Shown here: positions 14,288 to 28,733 of the stretch, piece after piece | How positions within the stretch are numbered: position 1 is the stretch's first letter | Layout: each line of letters starts with the position of its first letter | Source of the DNA: Geosiphon pyriformis uo1 | Lineage: Eukaryota; Fungi; Glomeromycota | Direction: 5' to 3' | NCBI GenBank assembly: GCA_016748015.1 | Contig: JAAOMT010000571.1 | Span: 933,095 to 997,094, forward strand | DNA length: 64,000 nucleotides | Made by a program: the position numbers and the translations under genes | The notes under the pieces: model-generated | Seen by the model: the letters and a program-made list of their open reading frames with translations, nothing else | What the model was told of the DNA's origin: nothing | Databases searched by the model: none

Positions 14288-15513
14288 AAGATAATCTCAC
14301 TATTGTATATTTTGACTACAACCAAATTTTAAATATAAAGTTAATTCTCATTCATTATCCTTAAAAAATCAGAAAAAAAAATTTTCTTTCCAAAATGACT
14401 AATAATCATTTCGGACCCCCGATATCTGTTCAAATGTCTATCTTCAATTGTCAATAAACAAACGTGGGACTAACTAACTTTTTGAATACCCCAAAGGTCA
14501 TTTCAATCCCAAAAGAACCGACAATCGATTTCACATATTGCCAAAAAATATAAACTTTCAATGAAAAAAAATATTTATATATAAAGTATTTGTCTAATGC
14601 AATTTAAGTTGCAGGTGAAAGAATTTCATTGAGATTTATTCAATAATAATAATTTGTTTTCAAACATAAATAAAAGAAAGCTTAAAATATAAAAGATTGT
14701 TTTCTTTTTATAACTTTCCTTTTTCTTTATTCTTGGTTCAGATAGAAAAAGTTTTATCGAATAATAAGTAATTGGGGGGGTTTTTTTTTTTTGGAAAAAA
14801 GCCCGTCTAAGCCTACAATATCTGAAAATTGTTATATTACTATTCTTACTATTATAATTGCTAAACAAGATTATTAGCTTCGCCCAAATTGTTCAATATC
14901 AGATTTCATCTTTTAAAATCTTTATTTAATTTTGTTAATGCATCTGTTACTAAATTTAGGAATCCATTAACTCTTTTATACCAAAAAAAATTACTCTTTA
15001 CCCGCATGAGTGCCATGTTTTTTTAGAAATCTCAAACAATATTTGGCACATAATCAATCAATCAATCAATAAATAAATAAATAAAAAAAAATGTATATAT
15101 TAAAATTAATAAATTTTTTTGAATTAAAAAAATTTGTAATATTTCTATCACATTTTATAACTGTGAAATTTAACTATTGGAATCCCCCATTTAAATTTCG
15201 GTTAGGACGTTTTACCACGTTATATTTGCAAAAGTACTCGGGTTTAGACTGTTTGAGCAATCTTTGCTTTTAATAATAAAAAATACCAAAATAACGTTGC
15301 TCAAAAAAATTCAAAGTTCAATTTTTCGTTAGAAAAAAATTAAAAGAACTAATTTTTTTCAAAAACATGTTCCTAACTTAATGAACTGTACGACCTCTCA
15401 AAAATATTTACTACCAATGTTCATTTGTGATGATGATTTACTAGATTACAATTAAAAAGAAGCAAGTTGAAGAAGAAAATTTCACTTCCTATAGCGATTT
15501 ATACCGCCAGCAT

Positions 15514-18500
15514 TTATCCAGAGTGATGGCACTTTTGGGCATGTTTATACCTTTAATTTTAAAGAAAGAATTTTGATAATTGAACATCAGTATGTTCTTT
15601 GAACAAATTTGAAGTAAATTATTTACCAATAAATCTCGGGGACCAAAACATCCTTGTCACGGGGGGATTGATTCAAAATCCACTTGTTGCAACTATGGCA
15701 CAATGCTTCCTTCATGCCTGTCTTTTTATTCTCTCGATGTGATACCGGATTAGCAAATGGTCGACCAGTAATCGAAGAGATACCATGTTGATAGTTCAAG
15801 TGGTACCTAGAAATAAATTTAAAGATTTTATGTTACGGAAACCAAAAAAAAATTGTATTTCAAACAATTCATTAAAGAATTTTTCTTTACCAATATGCGG
15901 AAATTTTAGTTTTGAGCCAGCGTGGAGGATTACAGTGAGGACAGAGTCCTTCTTTTGATTTTCCCACTCCACGAACCCAACGAGGGGTATACCTAAATAC
16001 AATTTCAATATCTTTGAGCTTACATTATTAGATCAATTCTTTGGAAAGATGATGTTACTCACATATCACCCTCAAAACGAGCCGGTTGCCTCGTTGCATC
16101 AGGCCCCAAATCCGGCGGCGGTGTACGGTCGAAAGGTCCAACCAAAGAAATTTTCTCAAAGTGTCTTGTGTCAAGATTGGTGTTAGTGCTACCGATAGAG
16201 TCACCATCGTCGTTGGGCGGTGTAAGCAAATTAAATTCATTAGCATTATGCCTTCTGGTTAATTTCGAGTTACCACTGTGACTTTCTTCATGATCTGGCT
16301 GTATAAAACGCTTATCACTTTTGGTATCTAACGGTGCCAAATATTTCATGCGTCTTTTGCCAGAGCGCAGAGCAGGGGAGACCTTACTTGGTGGAAAGTC
16401 TTGGTCATAATGCTTGCGTTTGTTGACCGAGTGTGCGCAGCTAGAACATACATCGAACGTCTCTGTAAATTTTGAATCTCCGAAGCACGAAGGATGATAA
16501 AATAGGTGGCAATTTGGACAGTTGATTGAATTATCCATTTGAAACTGACATTTATGACACAATGAGGTGTTTGACAAAGAGTTGGAAGTCAAATATGGCG
16601 AAGGCGGTGAAAGTTTCATGTCCATTTTTGTTGACGCCTCTTGCGAACAGTTGGGCGAATCCACACCAAGATTATCAATTTTATCCGTTTGATTTGGCTT
16701 CAGCGGTCGAAGTTTCATAAAGAGATTAACAACATTATCCTCGTTGATATCTTGTTCATGAAGATCTTCGTTGCGACAAAGTCTTCGCAAAACTCGTAGG
16801 ACGGGTTTTTCTTTGGCTAAAGAGATCAGTGAAATTTTGAGTTTTTGAAAAGCGATATTCAGTCGTTTGTTATCCTCATGTAAAGCTTCATATCTTTCCG
16901 CGTTTTTCGACCGTTCTAATACGAGTTTGGAAAAGGAGTCATTTAACGCATTAAAAACTTCGGTTTGACGCGTTCTTGTTCGTTTTTGATTTCGGATGGT
17001 ATTTTTTCGTTCTTGAAAAAAGGTTGAAATGAGGTTTTCCGCGAACGCGAGGCAAACTCAATTTGACTATAAAGTATGATAAAATAACGTGACTATATGC
17101 CTTACCCTCGTCATATGTTAAGTATTCAAGTTTGAACTTTTTAACAACGTCGACCTTTTCCTCTTGCTCTTTTGCCATGACCGGCTCGGGTTTGGGGTCA
17201 CTCGACGCATGGAAAGTCATTTCAATTTCAGGAAGTTTTGGTGAAGTTGTCGTTTCCAATTGCCAAATTGATTTAGTTTCGTGCTGAAATCGATTAGGTC
17301 CATTTGGTGACAGCGATTCACTGCTTTCCTAGAAAAGGATAGAAAGAAAACTCTCGAAATTTTGAAATTTTTTCAAAAGATTACGAAAAATACATACAAT
17401 TTGATCTGATGCTGCCAAAAGTAAATGCAAGGGATTCACTCGTCTTTCGATAGCAGTGGTTGGCTTTGGTAGGGAAAAATATTGTCCTTCTAAGACGTGT
17501 TCTATTGGTGGAAGTCGTCTCTAAGGAAAAGAAATTCATAGCGGAAACCAAAATAAGAATCTCTTTCTAAATCGAAAAAGCTAAAATTTGAACACTCGTA
17601 CCATTTCATCAATCGAGTTACATCTATGGCAATACCAAGCCGGATTACCATTATTGACCAGTCCATAGCGAACCATACATGCTAAAATGAAAGAGATATG
17701 TAGAAAAATTTTGAGTTATTTTCGAAATAGTAATGATTTACAAACATTATTCTCCATATTTAGGTATTATAAAAAAATTATTGCAAGTGGATTCGATTGT
17801 TACCTTGATGGGCGGAAACGTTACAATTATTTGACGAACAATGGATTAGCGTGTTTTTTCCGGGATCATCGGAATTCGTCAGGGTTGAGCGACATACGTA
17901 ACAGCAATAGCCCGTTTGACGTTGAGTCTTGAAAGTTTGGGCGAAGGAAAAGTCAATTTGAAAAGAAAATTTGGAAAAATCAATTTCAAAGTGATAGTAG
18001 ATTCTATGAGAACAACGCGGTATCCAATTATAGAAGTGATGCATATAGTCACAAATTATTTGCCAATCAATTTGAGGTGCACAAAGTTATGTCGCCACCA
18101 AATAGTATGACACAAGGTTGCCACGTTTTCCGAAACATGGTTTCACCAGGCTTTGTAAAAGTGTATAAGTTCAGATAATAAATGCTCACCCAAAAATTTT
18201 CTGGAGGATCACCATAAATAGTTGTGACGGTTTCCCTGGAAAATACTTGACCGACCACACGACGCGTAAAATTTTGGTCCAAACTATCGGTGAACGAAGT
18301 TGGAGCAACTGTTGTAAAGGAGGTAGAGGCATATACGTTACCATTATCGTTCTTTCTTGTCAGTTGGTGAAAGGTGGAGAACGGGGCCAAAGTTTGGTCC
18401 TTTTCTTCCTTCCCAATTAGTTGTTGGTTATATGGACCAGCTTTTTAACATAGATCACCACTCAGCAACGGTCAAAGAGTCACCAGGCAGCATATAGAGA

Positions 18501-18565
18501 CAAGCTTTTCTTAGATAGTATGTTATAACTAAAAAATTATATTTACCTTGAGCGGTTTCCACCAT
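15514..18565 (-). CDS. Putative transcription/chromatin regulator: PHD, bZIP-like coil, PHD, Rua1_C (DUF4451)-like zinc domain (spliced)
   Basis: PHD1 CYVC..IHCSSNNCNVSAHQACM..WYCHRC. Basic/zipper ERKNTIRNQKRTRTRQ..L..L..L. PHD2 CHKC..CPNCHLFYHPSC..CSSC. C-terminal YTPRWVRGVGKSKEGLCPHC..SAYWYHLNYQHGISS..EALCHSC..WYKHAQKCH. Confidence 0.75.
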
Positions 18566-18843
18566 GTTTAGAATACGAGTCTTTTGGTAGAGTTTATATG
18601 CGTAACTAGAAAGGTTATATGAATAAACGCGTAGTTCTTTATTTCAAAGAAAAGGTTGGATAGGAAAGAAAAAAATAATTAAGAAATTGAAAAAAAGAAG
18701 GGAGTTTTAAGTGAAAAAAGAAAGTCAAAGCAAAATTTGGGGGAGAGGAGAATAGCAGAAGCAGCAGATAGAGACAAAAAGACAAACTGATCAATTAATT
18801 TTTCTCTCGATATCTTTTCTAATCACCACATCACTAACTTACG

Positions 18844-18887
18844 CACACACACACAGACACAGACACACACACACACACACACACACA
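18844..18887. repeat. Imperfect (CA)n microsatellite
   Basis: CACACACACACAGACACAGACACACAC... upstream of the 15514-18565 gene. Confidence 0.9.
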
Positions 18888-20779
18888 GGCTCATTCATTC
18901 ATCAACTGACAGAGAGGAGAAAAATAGAGGTAGAGACAAATACAACACCTAACAGTACCTACAAAAAAAAGCACAGACAGACAGACACAGAGAAAGAAAG
19001 AAATGAGGAATTAATGCGGTCTGCTTTTGTTGCGTTGATGATATATGCAATCAACTTAATATTCACCACAATGGAATCGTGTACTTTTGGTGTATTGATG
19101 GGTAAGAATCGTACGTGATTTCAACATTGATGATGATGAGTTTGGTTGAGTGGCGAAGGAAAGACAGGAATAATGCGAAATAATTAATAATGCTGTTTAA
19201 CGAAAGAAGATCCCGAAATTTGATTATGATAATGATGCTGGTGATGACGTAGATTATGAATTATTAAGGTCAGGGAGAAGGATAAAAGGCATGTGAGTGA
19301 GATGAAAAGTTAGAAAACTTAATCTCTCAAAGATTCTTTGTATTAAAAAAAATTTTAAGAAAAAATTAAAAGGCGAATCACAGAAAGAAAAAAAAGGAAA
19401 AATAAAAACGTCTTTTTTTAAAAAATAAAAATAAAAATAAAAATCACAGGCTCAAAGACTAATAAACATGGTTAATTTTTTCAATTTACTGAGGTGACAA
19501 TGCCACGCATGGTTATTTCCTCAAAAGAAATATGTGCGTACCTAAGGATCATTCGTTCCATGTTATTTTTCTTTCTCATTTTACATTATTTTCATTCTAA
19601 TTGAAAATTGTTCTAAGAAAACTATTTCAAAGACAAAAAAAGATAATCTTTATTTCATGCACCTATCAATTACATTGGGTCATTCATTGAGTCTAATAAG
19701 AAAAATAATGTTGAGTTTTGTTCCGCTTTTCTTTGATAATATGAATCAATGCATCAATGCCTCTTTTTACATTCTTCTCCTTCCTTGCTAAATTGTTTGT
19801 CGTTCTTCAAACCCCATTTCGTTGCTTCTATTTCACTCACTTAATGCCAATTTTTAAGGCATTCACGCGTGGACCAATCACCTCTAAACGAGTCACCATT
19901 AATCTTAATGGTCAGACTTTCTAAATCAACAATCATGACAATGGTTATAGTAACATTAAATTTTAAGATAACTAATCCAGGTGCTATTAATAAATTCAAA
20001 AGATCTGTTTACTTCCAGATATGCAGAAATTATAAACTATCGTCATTTCACTTTTAAATAGTAAATTAACTGAGTAGATTCTTTTTGTATAAATAATTAA
20101 GTCAATATCATATTTAGTATTTAAAGTATGGAACCTTTCCATGTATTTGCATTGAAAGAAATCTTGAAATGATAATTTTATTTGCCCCTTACTTTATGAC
20201 CTAATAAAGACTTAAGCGTGATATTTGGCTAGCATATGTCTATTTTCAGGTTAACCGCCTTTGTAATCTTTATAAATACGTGATGAGCAAAAGCAGGAAC
20301 TGATAATCACTTGATAAAATCAAAAAAGAGTTAGCAAACCCATCAATATTATACTTTTAAAAACAGGCTTAATTTAGTTCATAGATGATAATCCTTTGTC
20401 CACTTAAAAATTATTTCCCGTATAATTTCTTTTGGGATTTGAGAAAATTGCCAGAGTAGGCTTTCAGAAGAAAATAAATAAAGATATTTGCCAATATGTA
20501 TTGTTTTGTTTTCTGCTGTAAAAGATTATCCACATTATTAGATTCGGAAAACGGTAAAATCAGCCTTTTTTTTAAGTCTTTATCAGATAAAATATACTAT
20601 TTTTTTTAACAAAAAGAATGGCCTGTGGTGTATATCTGATGTGAAAATCAATGTGTGCTTATCAAACGCAAAAATTTAACACTTCCCACAAAGTAATATT
20701 AGCTATATTTAGAATATTCACTCAAATTTATTTACAAATTAAAAAGGCCTATTACAAGCTCGCTAAATTATTCAAAATC

Positions 20780-23700
20780 TTAATGCTTCTTAGCTTTCCC
20801 TTTGGATGATTTAGCAGGCTCCAAAATGATTGGAATAAGACCTTTGGCAGTGCATGCTGCCTCATAAGCCAAAGGTATCTCCTTCTTCATTGTTGCCGTC
20901 ATCCCCTTATCCTTCAACTTTGCCATATCAGTTTGCTCATCCCCAATAGGCAAAATTTTAGACGCCGGCACCCATTTCCTAAGAATAAGAATAATAAGAT
21001 TAAGGAAGGTCGAATTTTCACTTAATCTCAATATTTGAATAGATAATCACCAAGTACGACCATGACCGCCCTTCTTCCCCTTTTTTTCGTCAAAGAAGTG
21101 CACAAGATATTCGTCAGCTTCTTTGCGATCTGCCATTATCTCTTCGGTAACCTCAGGGCCGCTAGGATCTTCAACCTTTGATGTTAATAGAATATTGCAA
21201 TTAATTTTATAAACTGAGCTTTTATAATAAAATTAAGCATCCAGTTGCAAATATAACCTCAGCAGGGTACCATGGGAAACCTTGCATTTTGGCCCATACA
21301 AGGCTTCCGAAAGAGATTTCTAGCGTTTCTTTGGTAGAATGAGTAGTGGTCTTCGCACTTTTGGTACTGGTTGCCTCCTGATCGACTTCAAACTTCTGTT
21401 CTTCTGGTTCACTTTTTGCGTCATTATCAATAGTGGAATCAGTGACGCTATGACTTCCTTTTCTCGCTTGCCTGCGGGTGACTGTTTACGAACCGGAATC
21501 AAATGTATGAAAAAGTTGTGGCCAATTAAGAATTTATTATATACGCTTTACAAAAAAGACGACTTACGCGGAGCTCTCACTGTGGATGATTCTCCAACAG
21601 CTGATTCTTCACCCTCGATACGTGACCTCGTTCTCGTCGAAACTGTAGTATCATCTAACATCATTTCCTCAGGCTCTTCATTAATAATTTGTACGGGATC
21701 TACCGGCTCCTCCTCATCCTCATCACTGACATAAACCCATCCTTTGGGCAACCTTTTTTCCCCTTTACTTTCTTTCTCGAGTTCGAGGCCCTTTTCCTCT
21801 TTGGGTTTCTCCTCCGCTTTCTCTTTTGCAGTTTTTGAGCGAGTTCGACGAGGTGAGGGTCCTTCCTGGTCAGTTTGTGCTGCTTCTTTGGTCGAAGGGA
21901 TTTCATGTACATTTTGATGAATAGATTGCGCATTGGCTTTCTCATCGATATTTTCGGTAACGCGGTTTGGGAGTTTTAAAGGCGTAAGATTATAAGTGAA
22001 AATCTCCTGATTTAATTCGAGATCAGGGAGACTTGTTTTGGGATTCATTCGTATTTGGGAAAATTTTTCTTCGGCTTTCATGACAATTTCTTCACTTTGT
22101 GACTGTATTCTACGTGCAGTCCGAAAGTAGATTGTATTACTTGTGTTATAGAACATGGCATTGGTGAAAGTCAGGTTTAAATCGGCCTATTTGAGAAAAT
22201 AATAATAATTTACCTAGGCTATAATTTAAGATTGAGAAATTATTCGAATCACTAAGGATACCTTAAATTCGGATATGGTTTCATATTGGTATCCATCGAT
22301 TTTCTTACGGATTGTGCTAAAATCCATTGGGTTTTTGATATGATCGAGATAGTCCGGAGCTTCATCCAATGATACAGGCTTTGCAAATATTTCCTGCTTA
22401 TCAAGCCTTTTATTTTTTTTATAATGAAAACTTTTTATATACAAAGGATCATACTTGATGAAATTAAGCTCAAGTCATTTTGAAAGATTTACATACTCTT
22501 GGATTTCACCCAAAGCTTCCCGAAGAATTTCAGCTGTTGGAAACAGCACAAGCTCTAAGTAGCTTTTTTGGGTCCGCGTCTTTCTTAATTTTGCCTTTTC
22601 TCGCCTTTGAACTTGGTCAGCTAACATCCTTAGTTTTTCCATATCTTTTCTCAATGCACGCAATAACTGTAGAATCCAAGTATCAAGTTAAGTTTTGAGC
22701 TTGATACACTCAAAGAATAATATAAAGTAGCAAGATTAACCTCAAATCTGATCGCTTTTTCAGCCTCCGTCTGTTTATGTGCAGATGCAGAGGCTGTCCA
22801 AGGCTGTTTGGCACATCAACAAGAAACTTATTAGGTTATAAGAATTTTTAATATGATCAGCCACTTGAAAAAACCCTCACCTCTAGGTGAAGCCTCTTCA
22901 ATAGAGGGGCACCACGGCGAGATTCACGTTTGAGTGACCAATACTTGCAGACAGAAGCGACAAGTTCCTGTTTTTTTTGAATCCCTTTTTGTTTTAGGAA
23001 GACATTAACCAGCTTTTGCATTATGATTGCAGGAGCAATAGGAGCGCTGGCCGAATAGGAATGGTTGTATGCACGAGCAGCCTTGCTGTTAGATGATTCC
23101 TGAGTCTGAATTGTTCTTGCGTAATCACCTTTAGTATACTTCTGTGATTTACGAGGCTGAGGGGATTCAAGAGAATTATTCCATGCTTTTCGTTTACGAC
23201 CGTTAGGATCCGTGACGAATCTGTTGCCCTCCTCGTATTCTTCCGTATCGCTTTCGATATCTTCTTTCTCGTCAGGGATAAATTCTTCGGATCCATCAGA
23301 ATCATAATATTCGATAGGCTTACGTTTCTTAGTTGGAGGTGAACTCGCAGCAAAAGCGGCCTGAGCGGCAGCAAGGGTTGCAGAAACATCTACTTGCTCT
23401 CTATATTCTCGCGGAGTATGTTTGTCACAATAAGCTTTCAAGGTGAATTCATGGTGCGAATTGAAAGGCTTCATTTTCATGCATAATTTTGCCCTTCGTG
23501 CACACGTAACATGGAAAGCAGTGAAACAGTGCTTATTTTCACACTGAATACAGCATCCCATTTTTTGTCGGCAAATGTAGCAAACTAGCTTCCACCTACT
23601 TCGTGGAATCCTTTTGATATTATCAATCGGCTCCATATAAACGAGATTTGACACAGAACACTCGGGAATCCATACACCACAAAGTAAGTGAGCCCAGTGA

Positions 23701-25175
23701 TTTGTATTGGTTTGCTTGAATGCTCCTCCTTCGTTTGGACAGAATAAACAAGACACCGGATTTTCTGGAGAAATCATGCATTTGCGACATAGCCATTGTC
23801 CTTCTGGGATATAAGGAATGCCGTAACAATCTTGATGAACGGCTAGATTGCACCCGTCGCAGAATACGATTGCATTGCTATTTTCACATTCCGTATCATC
23901 ACAAATGGCGCAAGCGGAATCTTCTGGCTGTATGTTATCTTTGTCTGGGGTTGATTTGGGGATATTTTTAGTCAAATCGAACCATTCTTTCTCAAGCCGA
24001 TCCATCAGCATTTCAAATATATTCTCTGATATTTCGCCAAAGTCCTCTTTCTTCCTCTCGGAATTGATCATTGAAAGCCATTTTTGATCCTGTTCATCCA
24101 TATCGTATTCAACCCGCTCGGCGAGTTCCATTTCTGTAGGTTCTAAGTATCGGATGTAGTGGCCTTCTGGTCTCGAGAAACCTTTGTAATCGTAAGTATC
24201 ATCATGGGGATTGTAACGAGAGCGCTGAAAGGAGGGTTTGGGGAGTTTCTTTTGCAGTGTTTGAGTAGTTTCTTCTGCAGCTTTAATCATAGTTGTATCT
24301 TTTATTTCGTCCTTCACACCTAAATTCACATCTTGGAACGAGATATCTGTTTCTTGCATAATATCAACATCAGATAAAGATTTAGGAGCAATAAATTCCT
24401 TATCAATTTCCATCATATCTTTTTCGCCTTCGTATTTGACAAGGCTTTTTGAATTTATCGTTTCCATCTTATCTTCATTCATGTCGAGCTTCTGGATATT
24501 AGAAGAAATTTCGTCAATTCCTGTTCTTTCTTGAATCATAAGATCAACATCTTTATCTGCCACATCTGGCTGTTTAAGGGAAATCACGACAAGTTCTGAT
24601 GATTCTTTAGAAGTCTCCTCCATTTTGATATCTGAGGTCAAAAGAGAATTAGTTTCTTTTGGTGTTTCTATATCTTGATTGAGAGAGAAACCAACCACAT
24701 TTTCAAAATCTGGAGCTGGTGGCAAAGAATTTGTCATCTGGATACTCCTGCTCTCAGAGATTTTAGAAACCAACAGTTCAATACGATCGACATGGGGCAG
24801 GGATGTGTTTTGCTCTGCAACTTCGAGGCCAGAGTCCTCTTTAACTGGAATTATTACCAAACTAAGAGGCTCGTTAAGGTCCAGATCGGGGAAGAAATCG
24901 GTGTAAGGGCGTTCTTCGCGAGGCTTTTCTTCATATTCTGCAGGCAGCTTTTCGGAGTCGTTGCTAGCTGGAGGATCATCTACAATGATGACGCCGGGTG
25001 TTTTGGTAAACTCCTTTGACTTTTTGGCTTTGTTTGTTCGGCGTTTATTAGCGGGACGATTTTGTCGTAATTTGTCGCGTCCCCTTCCTCTTCCCTTCGG
25101 GGTAGGGGGAGCTCTCACATTTACTGAGAGATTCTTAGTTCTTTTTGTTGAATTAGAGCTTTCTCCTGTTTCCAT
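20780..25175 (-). CDS. NTO1: BRPF1/Nto1-like histone acetyltransferase scaffold (EPc, PHD, zinc knuckle-PHD, bromodomain, PWWP)
   Basis: VEYDMDEQD..FEMLMDRLEKEW; CAICDDTECENSNAIVFCDGCNLAVHQDCYG..WLCRKC; YWSLKRESRRGAPLLKRL. Bromodomain APDYLDHIKNPMDFSTIRKKI. PWWP-like VWAKMQGFPWYPAE. Confidence 0.92.
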
Positions 25176-25457
25176 TTTTAGAATAATGTTTCTCAGATCG
25201 CCTCGTTTTAGCGATTCTTATTGTGTAAATAAAACTCAAAAACTGGCGATGTCAAAATGGCTGATAAGCTTTTTCAAAAAAATTGGGAAAGCGAGGCTGA
25301 GTAGTGTCCGAGTCCGATATATATCTCAACAAAAAAATGAAAACTCTCAGAAATATCTTTGTAGAGATCCCAATATTTACTCCTGTTGCTCACGATCTTT
25401 TGGAGGATGAAGTTTCCAAGCAGCCATCAAAGAAAGATAATATGAGTGAAATGTATG

Positions 25458-25477
25458 GCTGAGTCAATGCTGAGTCA
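25458..25477. promoter_or_regulatory. Two tandem GCTGAGTCA (AP-1/Gcn4-type) sites in the NTO1/DUS4 divergent promoter
   Basis: TGAGTCA at 25460-25466 and 25471-25477, 11 bp apart. Function not demonstrated. Confidence 0.35.
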
Positions 25478-25601
25478 CGGTCAAAATATATCAGGCTAAT
25501 AGTAACCTATTTTCGGGAAAGTGTGATCGTCTTGATCGTCCTAATAATATTTTTCTCAACTTTTTAGATTTTAAACTTGGTCGAATATAATCACTGCCAT
25601 T

Positions 25602-27077
25602 ATGTCTTCCTCAGGTGACGATTCAACAGTCACAAAACCAAGGAGCTCGCCAATGGATCTATTGTTCTATAATAACGAAAAAAAATATATCAATGTGTGC
25701 GCGCCAATGGTTCGATACAGCAAATTGCCGTTTCGTGAGTTGGTTCGAGGGTGAGTATGGGATAATTATGGGAAATCTGGTTTAATATTTTTAAAATATT
25801 GTGCGATCAAGGATCCGTTTAAAATACCTAATCGATGGCATTTCTGATCTATCAACGCAAAAAGCCTATTATGTTCTTTTTGCTACACCTTTCATCTCCC
25901 TCAAGCCTACCCTTATCTCTTTTTTTAAGTAAAGCTATGATGTGGACCTCGCATATACTCCAATGATTCTCGCGGCAGACTTTTTAAACTCTCAATACGC
26001 ACGTGACTCCGAATTTACAACCAACGATCGTGATGATCCCTTGATTATACAATTCGCTGCACACAATGGGAAAGATCTGGCCGATGCAGCGGAACTAGTT
26101 GCTCCTTATGTAAATGGGATTGGTAAAGTCAGAAAACAAATTTTACACGAGGGGATTAACTCGTGATCATTAACTAATTCTAAATTATCATGAATCAAAT
26201 CCTCAAAGATCTGAATTGTGGGTGTCCACAGCGATGGGCAATTAGTGAAGGAATTGGTGCACATCTCTTGTCTAATCCTGAACTGGTGAAAGATATGATT
26301 CAACAAGTGAAAGGGCGTGGATTGTCAATTCCCTGCTCGATCAAGATCCGAATTCATTCGGATTTACGGTATTGGTCCTATATCGAAAAAACTTTCTGAT
26401 CGTCGTAGGAAATACATTCCTATTTACTTTATAATTAATCAAATCATCCTAATTGCTCATATTCGAAAGCGAAACCGTCGAGTTAGCAAAACGTGCCGAG
26501 TCAATGGGCCTTGACTTTCTCGCCGTTCACGGTCGTACCCGCCATCAGAAATCTAATGCAACAGTCAATCTAGATGCGATCAAACTTATCAAACAATCCC
26601 TCAATATCCCAGTGATTGCCAACGGGGATATTTTCTCATTCCAAGACGCCGAAAGAGTATACGCGGAAACAGGTGTCAATGGGGTTATGTCCGCGCGGGG
26701 GATTTTACAAAATCCGGCCTTGTTTGCCGATTACCATACGACGCCATGGGAATGCATAGAGCGATTTGTGAGAATCTCGTTAGCCTATGGAACGAATCAT
26801 TTTATATTTCATCATCATCTGTGAGTACTAAAAATGATACCATTGATTGAATAGTGATCTACCGTTTAGCTCAAATTGTGATCAAGAAGATTTCAAAGTA
26901 TTGTGATAATTAATAGAGTATTATTAATTTCAACACTCTTACTCTCTTTTATGTTACCTTAGAATGTATATGTTCGAGAATGTGATGAGCAAGGCAGAAC
27001 GAAAAACTTTTAATATTTTACCAAGCATTCCTGCCATCCTAGATCACTTGGAGGAACATTACGGCCTGGTAGCATGA
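25602..27077 (+). CDS. DUS4: tRNA-dihydrouridine synthase, Dus4-like (spliced)
   Basis: CAPMVRYSKLPFRELVR, AYTPMILA, PLIIQFAA, DLNCGCPQRWAISEGIGAHLL, SIKIRIHSDL, VHGRT, IANGDIFS, GVMSARGILQNP. Confidence 0.88.
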
Positions 27078-27276
27078 TTGGGCAACTATACAAAATAACT
27101 TATTTCTTAGAAAGAATTTGGTACTCACGAGCCAAGAGGCCAATTAAAAGGATTTTGTTGAATTTTGAAATTCAGAGTTTGCAATTTAATTCGCTCTGAA
27201 AAGGCATAAAGCCCAACTGAGATATAATAGTTTTCTACTCTTTCTAATCTATTTCTATGGATGATTTTATGTTACA

Positions 27277-28733
27277 TCATTTCTTTTTCCTCGATTTTTT
27301 TAACTTTTTTTCAATCTTGTCTTCTTTTAACTCGCATCCTCTTTTTCTTTCTGAACGGCCGCTCTCTTTCTTCTTTTGATCATGATCATTTATTTCCTCC
27401 ATTAACCCCATATCCTTTAATTTAACCTCCTCTTTTGCTGCTGTTACTTCCTTCTCGAGACTCCTTGTTTTCTTTTTGTGGCTCGTCTTTTTCTTACTAT
27501 TAGTCGTAACATTGACATGCTCTTTCTTTTCTTTTTTACTCTCCTTAACCTTCTTTGCATCGCCTAACTCCTGATTAGCGGGTAAAAATTCAACAATCTT
27601 TTGAGTATCCACGAGACTCGATCCCTTTGATCTCTCCAATTCTCTAAATAATCAACCGAACTTAATTATACCATTTATAAAAAATATGAATGAAACTAGA
27701 GTCCATTAAACTTGCCTATCACTAGTATCGTCGTCCAACTTTGAATTGTCTTTCGTCATCTCTAAATCTTTATGCTGACTCACTGCGTCCGTTCTTGGTT
27801 TTGGAGATTCCTTTCGAGCCTTCACAAAATTACTATACAAAGCATTCTTGGCTACCAGCCTTGAGACCATCGTAGCCGTTGAGGTTGTTTCCGTCGTTTG
27901 TGATAATTGCTCCTCTGTTACTTTCATTTCAATGAGGCTTCTATTTGCTTCTCTGCCAAGACCATTTCTCAATTCTCCATCACCCGAATTATTTATTGAA
28001 GCCTCACTACCATCTTGATCACTATAAAGACTACCACTATTTCCATACATATACTCACTTGTAGAAATGAGACCCATTCGATTCCGTGGTGGTGTATATT
28101 TCTTTATTTTTGAGACTTGCTTGAAATAATAATTTTCCATAATTCCATTTCCAATCAGTCATCCAATGTCATAAATTATTCATTAAGAAAATTGGTTGTT
28201 AAAAAAGAAAAGAAAAAACATATTTTGGAACTGAAGAACATCATAATCGAAACCATACCACATCTGAGTCACCGTCAGGACTTTTTGTCGTGGCAACTTT
28301 AATATTATTCAGTGCGCCATTATATACATGATCCCACCATGCAAAGCCCCATTCTTCACGGCCAACACCCAGCTATAATGAAATTTCAATGAAAACAAAG
28401 ATTGAAAATCATTTCGATCGTTTCCTCTAAAAATTCCTTTCGCTCTGTACATCAAGTACTCACCCCCTTCGTATCGTTTTTTTTCGCCACGCGAATAGCA
28501 CGAGTCATACCTTCTTTGTGTTTTCCAAGTCCTTGACCCGGTTCCCAACCGTACTTTTTCAATTGAAGTTCGGCGAACGGTGCTGCCACATCGTTTGCCG
28601 TTACTGTTTTTACATGACTGATCATGGAGGTGGTAACGGCATCACTTTTGGAACCTGATAGGAAAGTTTTTCTAATTGTATTATTTTTGCGTGGCATAAG
28701 AAAAAGTAGAATAAGGCCTATATAAATGCGCAT
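27277..28733 (-). CDS. G-patch domain protein with lysine-rich tail (GPATCH4/Tma23-like); start may be 28625
   Basis: FAELQLKKYGWEPGQGLGKHKEGMTRAIRVAKKNDTKG spliced to LGVGREEWGFAWWDHVYN. Also LYSNFVK and a K/E-rich C-terminus. Confidence 0.8.

Noticed and set aside
13600-15450. Possible genes or RNA genes in long intergenic regions (also 18600-20700)
   Set aside because: Only short low-complexity ORFs and simple repeats; no tRNA or rRNA structure recognised.
23021-25410. Overlapping and antisense ORFs within NTO1 and other genes
   Set aside because: Shadows of real exons with no recognisable motifs.
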